Source: Deltaproteobacteria bacterium (lineage in GTDB: Bacteria; Myxococcota_A; Polyangia; Polyangiales; Houyiibacteriaceae). From it: a stretch of DNA of 11,258 nt. Both the position numbers and the translations under genes were made by a program. This document shows positions 1 through 7,576 of this stretch, in pieces. Location of the stretch: positions 1 to 11,258 of the forward strand of contig JAXMNT010000097.1 in assembly GCA_034670305.1 (NCBI GenBank). Reading direction: 5' to 3'. Positions within the stretch are counted from its first letter, which is position 1, and each line of letters begins with the position of its first letter. A model generated the notes under the pieces. It searched no databases and had not been told where the DNA came from. It worked only from the letters and a program-made list of their open reading frames with translations.

Positions 1-65
1 CCTACCTGGCCGGCGCCGCATACAACCTCCTACGCGTCGCGCGGCTGCGGAGCTGCGCCGCGTAG
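1..65 (+). CDS. Probable C-terminal fragment of an IS5-like (DDE) transposase, truncated by the window edge
   Basis: The frame from base 3 reads YLAGAAYNLLRVARLRSCAA* (TAG 63-65). AAYNLxR is a typical C-terminal signature of IS5/IS1182-like transposases. An IS-like terminal repeat follows about 130 nt downstream. Only 20 residues are visible. Confidence 0.6.
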   Translation, partial: YLAGAAYNLLRVARLRSCAA

Positions 66-72
66 CACCGAC

Positions 73-104
73 CGATGCCCGGCGGCTTCGTCCGCTGGGC
101 ATCG
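73..104. terminator. GC-rich stem-loop just after the transposase stop codon
   Basis: CGATGCCCGGCGG (73-85) pairs with CCGCTGGGCATCG (92-104): 13 bp with one G-T pair and a 6-nt loop. There is no U-tract. A second hairpin CGCCGTG/CACGGCG lies at 122-140. Confidence 0.4.
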
Positions 105-150
105 CGCTCCGATTCGCGCCTCGCCGTGAAACACACGGCGTCCACGACGC

Positions 151-183
151 GGGCAACGGCACGGGCAAGGGCAACGGCAAGGG
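151..183 (+). repeat. Degenerate (GGGCAA)n hexamer tract, copy 1
   Basis: gggcaa cggcac gggcaa gggcaa cggcaa ggg. Confidence 0.9.
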
Positions 184-209
184 AGCAGGTCGCTTTTCAG
201 CGACCTGCT
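184..209. repeat. Perfect 11-bp inverted repeat overlapping the IS end and the stop codon of the convergent gene; possible terminator
   Basis: AGCAGGTCGCT (184-194), loop TTTC, AGCGACCTGCT (199-209). Confidence 0.85.
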
Positions 210-1911
210 AGAAGTCGCAGCCGAAGAAGATGCGCGACGAGAAGCCCGCGATGCCCGGGGCGCCTCCTTCGGCGGCTTCACCGGGAGCGCCTTCCACGCC
301 CGACTGCACCGCTTCGAGATCCAGTTCCGCGACGTCGCCTTCGCACACGAACGCGCCGATGCTGGAGCCGCCCGGTCCGCCCGCGCCGCCGCCGCCCACG
401 CCGCCGGGTTGGCCTGCGCCACCGACGCCGCCCGCGTAGCCGCCCGTTCCACCGGTGCCGCCGGGTCCGGGCATGCCGCCGAGACCACCGACCGAGCCCG
501 CGCCGCCCGCACCCGCGTTGCGGCTTTGGAACGAGCTGCCGGGCGCGGCGATCGACGAGTCGACGACGAAGAGCGCGAAGGAACTTCCACCGGAGCGGCC
601 GCCGGTGCCGGCGAAGCCGCCGCAACCTCCGGAGCCGCCGCCGCCGCCGCCGCCACCGGTGGTGCCGTAGCCGGACGCGTCGCAGCCGGAGCCACCGCCG
701 CCGCCGCCCGATCCACCGAACCCGTGCGCGCCGTTCGTCCCATCCTGCGGTGCGCTCGGCGCCCAGAGGCCTTCGACGATCTCCCCTCGGGTCGAGCTGG
801 CGGTGGCGGTCGCGCCGGCCGCGGATGCCACCCCGCACGCGTTGCCGGTGCCGCCGGGTTCGCCGTCGTAGTCGATGGGGCTCACGCAACTGCAGGCGTC
901 GCCCGCGGTGCCGCCTGCACAACTCGGCACCGCCGCCGGCGCGCCACCCGCGCCCGCGTCTTCGCGGTAGGTGCCGCAGCCCATCGCGTCGTCGCCGCCG
1001 CCGAGTCCGCCGGTGCCGCCGCGGGTATCTTCGATGGTGACGAGTTCGCAGACCGCCGCGGCGCCGAGCCCACCTTCGGAGTTGTCGCCGTTCATCTTTG
1101 TGCCGTTCTCGCCGGCGCCGCCCTGCACTCCGGCTTCGCCGACCGCGCCCGCCTCGCCGTCGCTGCCGGCGGACGCGTGTCCTGCTTCGACGTCGAGGTC
1201 GCGCAAGATGAGGCCGCCGAGATCCGGAAGCACCGGCTCGCTCCCGACGACGCGCACGCCGTACACGTCCACGTCGCGGGTAGTCGACTGGGCCGCGAGC
1301 GCGCGCACTGTGAAGCCTTCGATCACCGTCGGCGCAGTGATGGTGTCCGCGACGATCGCTTCGATGCGGCCATCGACCACTTCGCCGTTCTCGAGGATCG
1401 TCTCGTTGGCCGGGTCGCGGGACCACATGTCCTCGGCGTCGAACTGGCCGTAGACCGAGATGCCGTTCGAGACGACGAGCCGCTCGGTGTAGGTACCGCG
1501 CGAGACCGCGACCGCATGCACGCGCCCGGTCGCGACGCCGCGGGCGATCGCGACGGCGACGCCGCGCGCGAGGGTCGCGTAGGGCGCCGTGACGGTGCCT
1601 TCGCCGGCTTCGTCGTCGCCACTCGTCGCGACGAACACGCAGTACGACTGGCGGCCGAACTCGTCCTCGAAGAACTCGACCTCGGGGTTGCACTGCTCCT
1701 GGAGTGGCTGCCCGGTGTCGGTCGGCGGGCCAGCGTCTTCAGGCGGCGGGCCGACGTCGGGTGCATCTGGAAGCGACGCGTCTTCGCCGGCGTCGGTTGC
1801 GCCCGCGTCGATGCGGGGGCGGTCCCCGTCGCCACCGCAGCCACCCATCGTGGCCACGATTGTCGAAGACCACACCGCAACCCACACGCCCAAGGCCAAG
1901 CCAGATCTCAT
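208..1911 (-). CDS. PGRS-like glycine-rich lipoprotein with a DUF1565/beta-helix-like N-terminal domain (567 aa)
   Basis: Start re-called at MRSGLALGVWVAVWSSTIVATMGGC (signal peptide plus lipobox-like Cys). A DAG/Pro linker follows, then VFVATSGDD..GT..APYATL...VSRGTYTE (DUF1565-like), then a long GxGGxGG region with scattered Cys. Confidence 0.85.
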   Translation of the reverse strand: MRSGLALGVWVAVWSSTIVATMGGCGGDGDRPRIDAGATDAGEDASLPDAPDVGPPPEDAGPPTDTGQPLQEQCNPEVEFFEDEFGRQSYCVFVATSGDDEAGEGTVTAPYATLARGVAVAIARGVATGRVHAVAVSRGTYTERLVVSNGISVYGQFDAEDMWSRDPANETILENGEVVDGRIEAIVADTITAPTVIEGFTVRALAAQSTTRDVDVYGVRVVGSEPVLPDLGGLILRDLDVEAGHASAGSDGEAGAVGEAGVQGGAGENGTKMNGDNSEGGLGAAAVCELVTIEDTRGGTGGLGGGDDAMGCGTYREDAGAGGAPAAVPSCAGGTAGDACSCVSPIDYDGEPGGTGNACGVASAAGATATASSTRGEIVEGLWAPSAPQDGTNGAHGFGGSGGGGGGSGCDASGYGTTGGGGGGGGSGGCGGFAGTGGRSGGSSFALFVVDSSIAAPGSSFQSRNAGAGGAGSVGGLGGMPGPGGTGGTGGYAGGVGGAGQPGGVGGGGAGGPGGSSIGAFVCEGDVAELDLEAVQSGVEGAPGEAAEGGAPGIAGFSSRIFFGCDF

Positions 1912-1917
1912 CGCGAG

Positions 1918-1923
1918 AGGGTA
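1918..1923 (-). promoter_or_regulatory. Putative -10 element (TACCCT) of a leaderless transcript
   Basis: TANNNT exactly 6 nt upstream of ATG 1911; no Shine-Dalgarno. Confidence 0.5.
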
Positions 1924-1993
1924 CCGCCCACCCCCGGACAGTTGCCAGAACACCGAAAGCGCTGAGCTCGTGGCCGGCTCCCTTGCCGTCTGC

Positions 1994-2791
1994 TCATGCG
2001 CGCGAAGACGAACGACGCAGCGAAGCGCGCACGCCGAAGTGATCCGACACGAACACCCCGTCTGCGATCGGCTTGTCTGCGAAGAGGCACGCAGCCGTGG
2101 GTGTCCATGCGGCCTGGGTGAGGATGCGGTCGTAGCGCACGTGCTTGTCCCGACCGCCGTGGGCCCGGCGACGCATCGCGTTGCGCGTGGTGTCTTCGGT
2201 GTAGCCGGGCTCGTCTCGGCAACACCGGGTCCAGACGTCGTGGAAGGTCGGTGCGATAGCGGCCTCTTCCGGTTCGCTGGGATCGAAGTTGAAGTCGCCG
2301 CAGAAGACGACGTCGGGCTCCGCTTCGAGGGATCGGAAGACGGCTTCCAGCTGATGGACCCGGGCGGCGCGCATGACACGGGTGGACTCGAGGTGGCTCG
2401 TCGCGATCGTCGCGCCTCCGATCCGCGCCACGAGCAGGGTGCGATCCATGCTGCTCGGCAGTTCGAGTTCCGAGCCGCTGTGGACGGGAAGGCGCGAGAG
2501 GATGACGCAGCCGTAGGTGCCGAGGCTCGAGACGACCGTCATTTCCTCGCGCACGAAGGCGGCCTGCAGCAGCAACGCGAACACCTCCGGGGTGACCTCC
2601 TGCAAACACACGACGTCCAGCGCCGCGTCGCTCAGAAGATCGAGCAGCCCTCGGGTGCGGCGCGCGCGTTCGTGCGGCTCGAACCATACGTTGAGCGTTG
2701 TCACTTCGAGCGTGTCGATGGGCTCGTCTGCAGGCGGCGCGCGGAGCGCCCAGCGTCGACCATCGAACTCGAGCGGAGGCACTGGCTGCAT
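1994..2791 (-). CDS. Endonuclease/exonuclease/phosphatase (EEP) family protein, TDP2-like (265 aa)
   Basis: Motifs TLNVWF, DVVCLQEV, TSHLES, FCGDFN, GYTEDT, RYDRI and SDHFG. ATG at 2791 is preferred to the longer track start. Confidence 0.9.
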   Translation of the reverse strand: MQPVPPLEFDGRRWALRAPPADEPIDTLEVTTLNVWFEPHERARRTRGLLDLLSDAALDVVCLQEVTPEVFALLLQAAFVREEMTVVSSLGTYGCVILSRLPVHSGSELELPSSMDRTLLVARIGGATIATSHLESTRVMRAARVHQLEAVFRSLEAEPDVVFCGDFNFDPSEPEEAAIAPTFHDVWTRCCRDEPGYTEDTTRNAMRRRAHGGRDKHVRYDRILTQAAWTPTAACLFADKPIADGVFVSDHFGVRASLRRSSSRA

Positions 2792-2871
2792 CGCGACAGA
2801 ACATGCGCATGGGCGCTCCGTGGGCAACCGCCGCCCTGCGCATCGAGGGACGATTGGGACGGAGCATCCAG

Positions 2872-2880
2872 TGGTAGCCT
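2872..2880 (+). promoter_or_regulatory. Putative extended -10 element (TG-g-TAGCCT) of a leaderless transcript
   Basis: TGnTANNNT ending 6 nt upstream of GTG 2887. Confidence 0.5.
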
Positions 2881-2886
2881 CCCGCC

Positions 2887-3258
2887 GTGGGGAAGTGGAT
2901 GCTCGCGGCGGTGTGCGCCGCGTCGATCGGGGGGCACGCGGGGTGCGGCAAGGCAGAGGAGGAACCTCGCCACGGCAGCTCCGATCACACGAACGCGCGC
3001 TCTCGAGAACAGTCGATGGTGGACGCCATGCGGATCGTCTGCATCGAAGCCCCCGCCGCCGTAGCGAGCGTCGAGGATCCAGCGCAGCGTCAGTACAACT
3101 ACGGACGCTACGTCAGCACCCACATCACGAACCCCGACGTGCTGCGGGTCGTGCTCCGGCTCTTCTTAGACGCGCCGCAGACCGATCGCGACCGGCGCCT
3201 GAACAGAGCAGCGCGGGACGTCGGTCTGCCCGACTGCGCCGCAGCCGCGGTGGACTGA
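2887..3258 (+). CDS. Hypothetical small lipoprotein (123 aa)
   Basis: Signal-like N-terminus ending HAGC, predicted helical body with two further Cys (IVC, PDC). It fits the gap between neighbouring genes. Confidence 0.7.
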   Translation: MGKWMLAAVCAASIGGHAGCGKAEEEPRHGSSDHTNARSREQSMVDAMRIVCIEAPAAVASVEDPAQRQYNYGRYVSTHITNPDVLRVVLRLFLDAPQTDRDRRLNRAARDVGLPDCAAAAVD

Positions 3259-3330
3259 ACACACCGCCTTCGGCTGCACCCACCCCGGAGTTCATTTGTA
3301 CGTGGACGTTCCATTGGGCAGTATCCCGCC

Positions 3331-4389
3331 ATGAACTGGGTGCGTTCGGTCTGTGTATTGTGTTTGCTTCTCGGCTGTGCCGAGGAGGAAGAATGCACCG
3401 GTCTCGAGCTCACGCTGCGCGGACCCGTGGTGAGTTTGCCCAGCGCCGGTGCCGGGGTGGTCGTGCCTTTCTCCGTGTCTGGGTGCGACCAAGGCGACCT
3501 GCCGGAGTCCGCGTTGGAGCTGCACGTCATCAACGACGAGACCGGCCGGCTGTTCGGCACCGAAGGGGAGACGAGCCCAGCGATCGAGACCAACCGGACG
3601 GCGACCGGACGGCTGATCGTGGTCTTGGACATGAGCGACTCGATCGTGTCGACCGGCAGCCGACAAGCCGATGTCGTCTCGGGCGCGCGGGTGCTGATCG
3701 ATGCCCACTTCATGTCGTCGCCGAACGCAGAGGTGGCTGTGTTCGCGTTCGGAAGCACCTCGCTCTCCACGCTGGAGCAGGATTTCTCGACCGACCGCGC
3801 AGCCACGACCTCGACCCTGAACCGGCTGGCGTCCGATCCTGGTCGCGGATCCACCAACCTCTACGGCGCGTTCCTGACGTCGCTCGAGTTGCTCACGAAC
3901 CGGGCGCGCAGCGACAGCTCGGTCACCGTGTCCTCCAATACGCTCGTCATTCTGACCGATGGGGTCCACGAAACGGGGGACGCCGACTCGCTGCGCGACC
4001 GGTCGGTCACCCGGCTGGAGTCCGAGGCGATGGACCGGGACCTGCGCCTCTCCACCTTCGCGATCCCGGTGGTCGGGGGTGGCAACGAGTACGATCAAGG
4101 CGTCGTGTGTGCGCTCGCCTCCGCGCGCGAGAACTGCATCTCGGCGGACCCGGACTCCATCGAGCAGACGTTTCGCCAGATCGGCGAACGGCTTCAGAGG
4201 GTGGCGGAGTCCGACTTTCTCATGGGCGTGTGCAGCCCCCTGGAAGGGTCCCGACGTTCCCTCACGATCACCGCGCAGGACGATGGGGGACGCGCTGGTT
4301 TCCTTCGCGTGGACTACGATGCCACTGGCTTCGTACTGGCCGGGTGCGAGCCGTCCGAGGTCCTGCGCATGTACGAGGCGTCGCCATGA
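3331..4389 (+). CDS. von Willebrand factor A (VWA) domain lipoprotein (352 aa)
   Basis: Lipobox LLLGC; MIDAS motif VVLDMSDS, GSTNLYGA, VILTDG. Confidence 0.9.
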   Translation: MNWVRSVCVLCLLLGCAEEEECTGLELTLRGPVVSLPSAGAGVVVPFSVSGCDQGDLPESALELHVINDETGRLFGTEGETSPAIETNRTATGRLIVVLDMSDSIVSTGSRQADVVSGARVLIDAHFMSSPNAEVAVFAFGSTSLSTLEQDFSTDRAATTSTLNRLASDPGRGSTNLYGAFLTSLELLTNRARSDSSVTVSSNTLVILTDGVHETGDADSLRDRSVTRLESEAMDRDLRLSTFAIPVVGGGNEYDQGVVCALASARENCISADPDSIEQTFRQIGERLQRVAESDFLMGVCSPLEGSRRSLTITAQDDGGRAGFLRVDYDATGFVLAGCEPSEVLRMYEASP

Positions 4390-4997
4390 ACCTGCGTCGA
4401 TGCTTGCTCGCCTTGGCATGTTGCGGAGTCATGGCCACGGCACCGCCAGTGGCGGCTGCGGACACGGGCGCACACATCGCGCTCGATTTCGTCACCCAGT
4501 CCGGGGCAGCGCTCGTGTCTCCGGGGTTCGTGGCCACCAGCAGGCGCCCGAACTTCGGGCTGGACCTCGAAGTCGCGCTCTTGAACGGGCTCGACGGGAA
4601 CCGAAACGCGGCCGACTCGGGCGGCTACTTCGGCGTGTCCGCATCCGCGACCCACATGAATCTGGAGCTGTGTCTCGACCAGGTCCCCTGCGTCGCCGGC
4701 CCGCAGTCGGCGCAGTCCGGATGGGTGCTCTCTGCGCGGCTTCAAATCGGGTTCTTCCGTGCGTTCGAGAAGCCGATCGACCTTCAATGGACGTTCGGGC
4801 CGGGTCTGCATTCCGTGCCGGCGTTCGACGGTGGGGAGGGCAGAGACCTGCTTTGGCTGGTCGGTTCGCGAATGACGCTCGTGTTCGCGAAGGTGGTTCG
4901 GCTCGGCGCCTCCATCGAGTACGGACCGCGGGGTGTGGGTGGGTCGGGCCATCTCGGGGTCGGCTTCACGTTCGGCGATGGCTACCGCCCCGACTGA
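4386..4997 (+). CDS. Secreted beta-strand-rich protein, possible small outer-membrane beta-barrel (203 aa)
   Basis: ATGA overlap with the VWA stop. Signal peptide MNLRRCLLALACCGVMATAPPVAAA. Amphipathic alternating strands (FGLDLEVAL, LSARLQIGF, VRLGASIEY, HLGVGFTF). Confidence 0.75.
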   Translation: MNLRRCLLALACCGVMATAPPVAAADTGAHIALDFVTQSGAALVSPGFVATSRRPNFGLDLEVALLNGLDGNRNAADSGGYFGVSASATHMNLELCLDQVPCVAGPQSAQSGWVLSARLQIGFFRAFEKPIDLQWTFGPGLHSVPAFDGGEGRDLLWLVGSRMTLVFAKVVRLGASIEYGPRGVGGSGHLGVGFTFGDGYRPD

Positions 4998-5010
4998 TCT
5001 GCGGCTGGAG

Positions 5011-5700
5011 TCAGATGCAGATGGCGTGGAGGATGTGGCACTGGCGCGCGCTCACGAAGAACGCGAGATCGAGGCCAGGGCCCCGCAGTTGGATGTTGCC
5101 GATGAGGTACGACTCGGCGGGCCGGTCTTCGCAAGCACCCTCGGGCGCTTCAAGCGGGTCGCACGCGCACCAGCCGTCGTCGTCCAGCGAGCGGCCGCGG
5201 GCGTCGTCGTGGGGGTGGCCGAGTTCTTCGATCTCGAACGTGCCTTCCAGATCGACGCTCTCGAAGCGGTCGATGAGCTGACCCGTGACCGGCACGGTGC
5301 CTTCGCTCTCGGGAGACGCGCGGATGTTGAGTGAGAGGTAGGGAAAGACCGGCAACACATTGGCGCCGATGCGCTCGTGGGACTCGGCGACGACCAGTGT
5401 CGTGCCGCCGCACACTTCGGTGATCCCCGCTTCGAGGAGCGGCGACGGCCAGGTCTCGCCACGCACCTCGAGGATCAGCGAGTCGGATGGCAGCGCGCCG
5501 TCGCACAGCCTGGGGCGGGAGTACTCGAGGCGGGCATCCGGTGCGTCGAGGGTCGATGCGTCGAGGGTGGATGCGTCGAGGGTGGATGCGTCGAGGGTGG
5601 ATGCGTCGGATTCGTCCGAGGCGGGGTCCACCTCGAGACCCGTTCGGGCGCCGCACGCAAGAAGCGAAGCCAGAAGGGCGCATCGAAACGCGGCGTGCAT
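5011..5700 (-). CDS. Hypothetical lipoprotein with (DASTL)4 linker and Cys-containing beta-rich domain (229 aa)
   Basis: MHAAFRCALLASLLAC-GARTGL lipobox; acidic repeat linker; start re-called within the 436-aa track ORF. Confidence 0.8.
   Translation of the reverse strand: MHAAFRCALLASLLACGARTGLEVDPASDESDASTLDASTLDASTLDASTLDAPDARLEYSRPRLCDGALPSDSLILEVRGETWPSPLLEAGITEVCGGTTLVVAESHERIGANVLPVFPYLSLNIRASPESEGTVPVTGQLIDRFESVDLEGTFEIEELGHPHDDARGRSLDDDGWCACDPLEAPEGACEDRPAESYLIGNIQLRGPGLDLAFFVSARQCHILHAICI
5542..5608. repeat. 15-bp coding tandem repeat, four copies plus a partial
   Basis: TGCGTCGAGGGTSGA x4 (5542-5601), with one mismatch among copies; encodes DASTL. Confidence 0.95.
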
Positions 5701-5771
5701 GGGCGGAAGCCGTATCACTGGGCGCCACGCCTGACCATAGCCGGCCGTGCAGCTGTCGGAGGGCGGGTGCG

Positions 5772-6548
5772 CTACTCGGGCGGCGCCGTCGCTCGGAAGC
5801 CGCCGGTGAAGGAGAGCGTGCCGGGCATGTCGAAGGGGCTGGTCGCGAACCAGACCTGCAGGTCCACGCGGCTGCCGGGGGACACGGAGACTTCCTGCCA
5901 CCCAAAGAGTCCGAAGTGGGCGGCGTCGACGAAGCTGGCGAGCCCGCGGCTGTCTCCGGAGCCACCCCCGCTGCCAGCCCAGTACTCGTGGCCGAAGTAG
6001 TCGAGCGGCGGGCCGAAGGTCTCGGCGTTCGCGACGAAGCGCGCGGCGACCGAGTCTTCGGTGCAGAAGAACCGGACCTGTCCGCTGTACTGGACCCCAC
6101 CGCAGTCCTGCGGCCACCGTTCCGGATCTGCGAAGGGGGGCGTCTCGAAGCACACTTCGTTCGAGTGCGACGCGTCGAAGGCGAACGTCCCGCACGGGGT
6201 GTGGTCTCCGTAGCCGGCGGCGATGCGGTCGGCTTCGACACAGGTCGGGTGATCGAAACAGGTCGGGTCCTCGGTGCAGGTGCGTGGCAGGTCGAAGGTG
6301 GAGCGGGGCCCGCTTCCACATCCGGTCGCCGTGCCGGTGTCGGTGCCGGGCGCGTCCGGGGTGAGGGCGTCGGGGGTGTGGGCGTCGACTCCGCCGCTGT
6401 CGTCATCAGGACCGGCATCCCGCGTGGGCGCGTCCCCGGCAGTGTCCGAAACAGCGGCGTCGGTGGAGGCGTCCGCCCGCTCGTTGGGTGTGCTGCACGC
6501 GAAGAGTCCGAGGGCGCAGACACAAAGCAGCCACGATCGGGTTTCCAT
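5772..6548 (-). CDS. Hypothetical Cys-rich lipoprotein (258 aa)
   Basis: METRSWLLCVCALGLFAC lipobox, D/A/T/P-rich linker, then a domain with eight Cys. Confidence 0.8.
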   Translation of the reverse strand: METRSWLLCVCALGLFACSTPNERADASTDAAVSDTAGDAPTRDAGPDDDSGGVDAHTPDALTPDAPGTDTGTATGCGSGPRSTFDLPRTCTEDPTCFDHPTCVEADRIAAGYGDHTPCGTFAFDASHSNEVCFETPPFADPERWPQDCGGVQYSGQVRFFCTEDSVAARFVANAETFGPPLDYFGHEYWAGSGGGSGDSRGLASFVDAAHFGLFGWQEVSVSPGSRVDLQVWFATSPFDMPGTLSFTGGFRATAPPE

Positions 6549-6704
6549 GCGCAGGGGGTTGCCGGGGATCGGCGGGCCATTCATCGGGCGGTGGTCAGCT
6601 GCACCGACAACAAGGGCAAGGCGCCCCGGTTTCTCCACCTCAGGCGCACTCCGTGCGAGGGTGCGGTTCGTGGGTGCGTGTTGGATCTCGGAGTCGCCGT
6701 GGCG

Positions 6705-7535
6705 GTGAATGCGTTCGACCGGACGTTTGGGGCGGACTTCGTCTCCGAGTTGCCGACCACGCCCGCGGTGTACTTGTTTCGCGACGCCAAGGACCGGGTG
6801 ATCTACGTCGGGAAGGCGAAGAACATCCGGCGCCGGCTCTCGAGTTACCGCAACGCGGGGCGCAAGAAGGTGCACCGCAAGATGCGCAAGATCGTCCAAG
6901 CGGCGGCTTCGCTCGAAGTGCGGCTCGTGGACTCCGACGCCGACGCGTTGGTGCTCGAGAACGAGCTCATCCGCACGCTGCGGCCGAAGCTCAACATCGA
7001 CGGCAAGTTCGACTTTCTCTACCCGGCCATCGGTGTCGTCGTGCGGCCGCAGCACACGCTCTTGTGCTGCACGACCGATCCCGACGCGTACGAGGCGTTC
7101 GAGTTTCGCTGGTACGGGTGTTTCCGGTCGCGGGTGCGGGCGGTCGAGATGTTCGAATCGCTGACCGCGCTGCTTGGACTGCTGGGACACCTGGAGAAGA
7201 TGTCGAGCCTGGGTCCTCGGCCGCGCCGACGCGGGTCGCAGCTGCGCGGGTTCCGACAGCTGGATGGGGCGCTCGTCTCCGATCTGGAGACGTACTTCAG
7301 CGGCGCGGATCGAAGTGCGCTCGGACAACTCGCGCTGGCGCTCTTGGACAAACCGCGCGCGCGTCGCGACGCCGCCGAGGTGCAGGGGCACCTGCAGATC
7401 CTGGCCGACTTCTTCGAGACCGATCTGGGTCCGCTTCGAAGCGCGCTTCGCGCGGCGGGACGGGAAGGCACCTTCGTCTCGCAGAGCGAGCGCGACACGT
7501 TGTTCATCCGCCAACGCGAGCAGCGCACCGGTTGA
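6705..7535 (+). CDS. GIY-YIG nuclease, UvrC/Cho N-terminal-like, stand-alone (about 276 aa)
   Basis: LPTTPAVYLFRD...IYVGKAKNIRRRLSSY...ALVLENELI...PKLN. Start is GTG 6705 or 6699, with GGAG at 6690-6693. Confidence 0.9.
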   Translation: MNAFDRTFGADFVSELPTTPAVYLFRDAKDRVIYVGKAKNIRRRLSSYRNAGRKKVHRKMRKIVQAAASLEVRLVDSDADALVLENELIRTLRPKLNIDGKFDFLYPAIGVVVRPQHTLLCCTTDPDAYEAFEFRWYGCFRSRVRAVEMFESLTALLGLLGHLEKMSSLGPRPRRRGSQLRGFRQLDGALVSDLETYFSGADRSALGQLALALLDKPRARRDAAEVQGHLQILADFFETDLGPLRSALRAAGREGTFVSQSERDTLFIRQREQRTG

Positions 7536-7576
7536 TCGTTCGGGCGCGGCGCGCTGACCCGCAGCGCCGAGTTCGA

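Larger units (their letters stand above)
1..211 (+). mobile_element. Right end of an IS5/IS1182-like insertion sequence, with terminal repeat and CTAG target
   Basis: Transposase-like C-terminus followed by TTTTCAGCGACCTG-CTAG (194-211), resembling the TTTTCAxCAGCCTG-CTAG ends of CTAG-targeting IS elements. An inverted near-copy is at 11138-11155. Confidence 0.55.

Noticed and set aside
1912-2379. N-terminal extension of the 723-aa ORF
   Set aside because: It overlaps the EEP gene on the same strand. The signal peptide and -10 signature place the start at 1911.
30-3064. Long overlapping ORFs such as 75..1040, 278..1693, 409..1965, 1589..3064 and 1908..2951
   Set aside because: Arg/Ala/Pro-rich shadow frames of real genes in high-GC DNA, with no motifs.
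2517-4385. 826-aa ORF read as one protein
   Set aside because: Only the last 203 aa look coding. The rest overlaps three other genes.
6705-7535. Calling the nuclease uvrC
   Set aside because: Too short and lacks recognisable C-terminal UvrC domains.
1994-7535. EEP, VWA and GIY-YIG genes as one anti-phage defence operon
   Set aside because: They lie on different strands, are separated by unrelated lipoproteins, and the VWA protein is exported.
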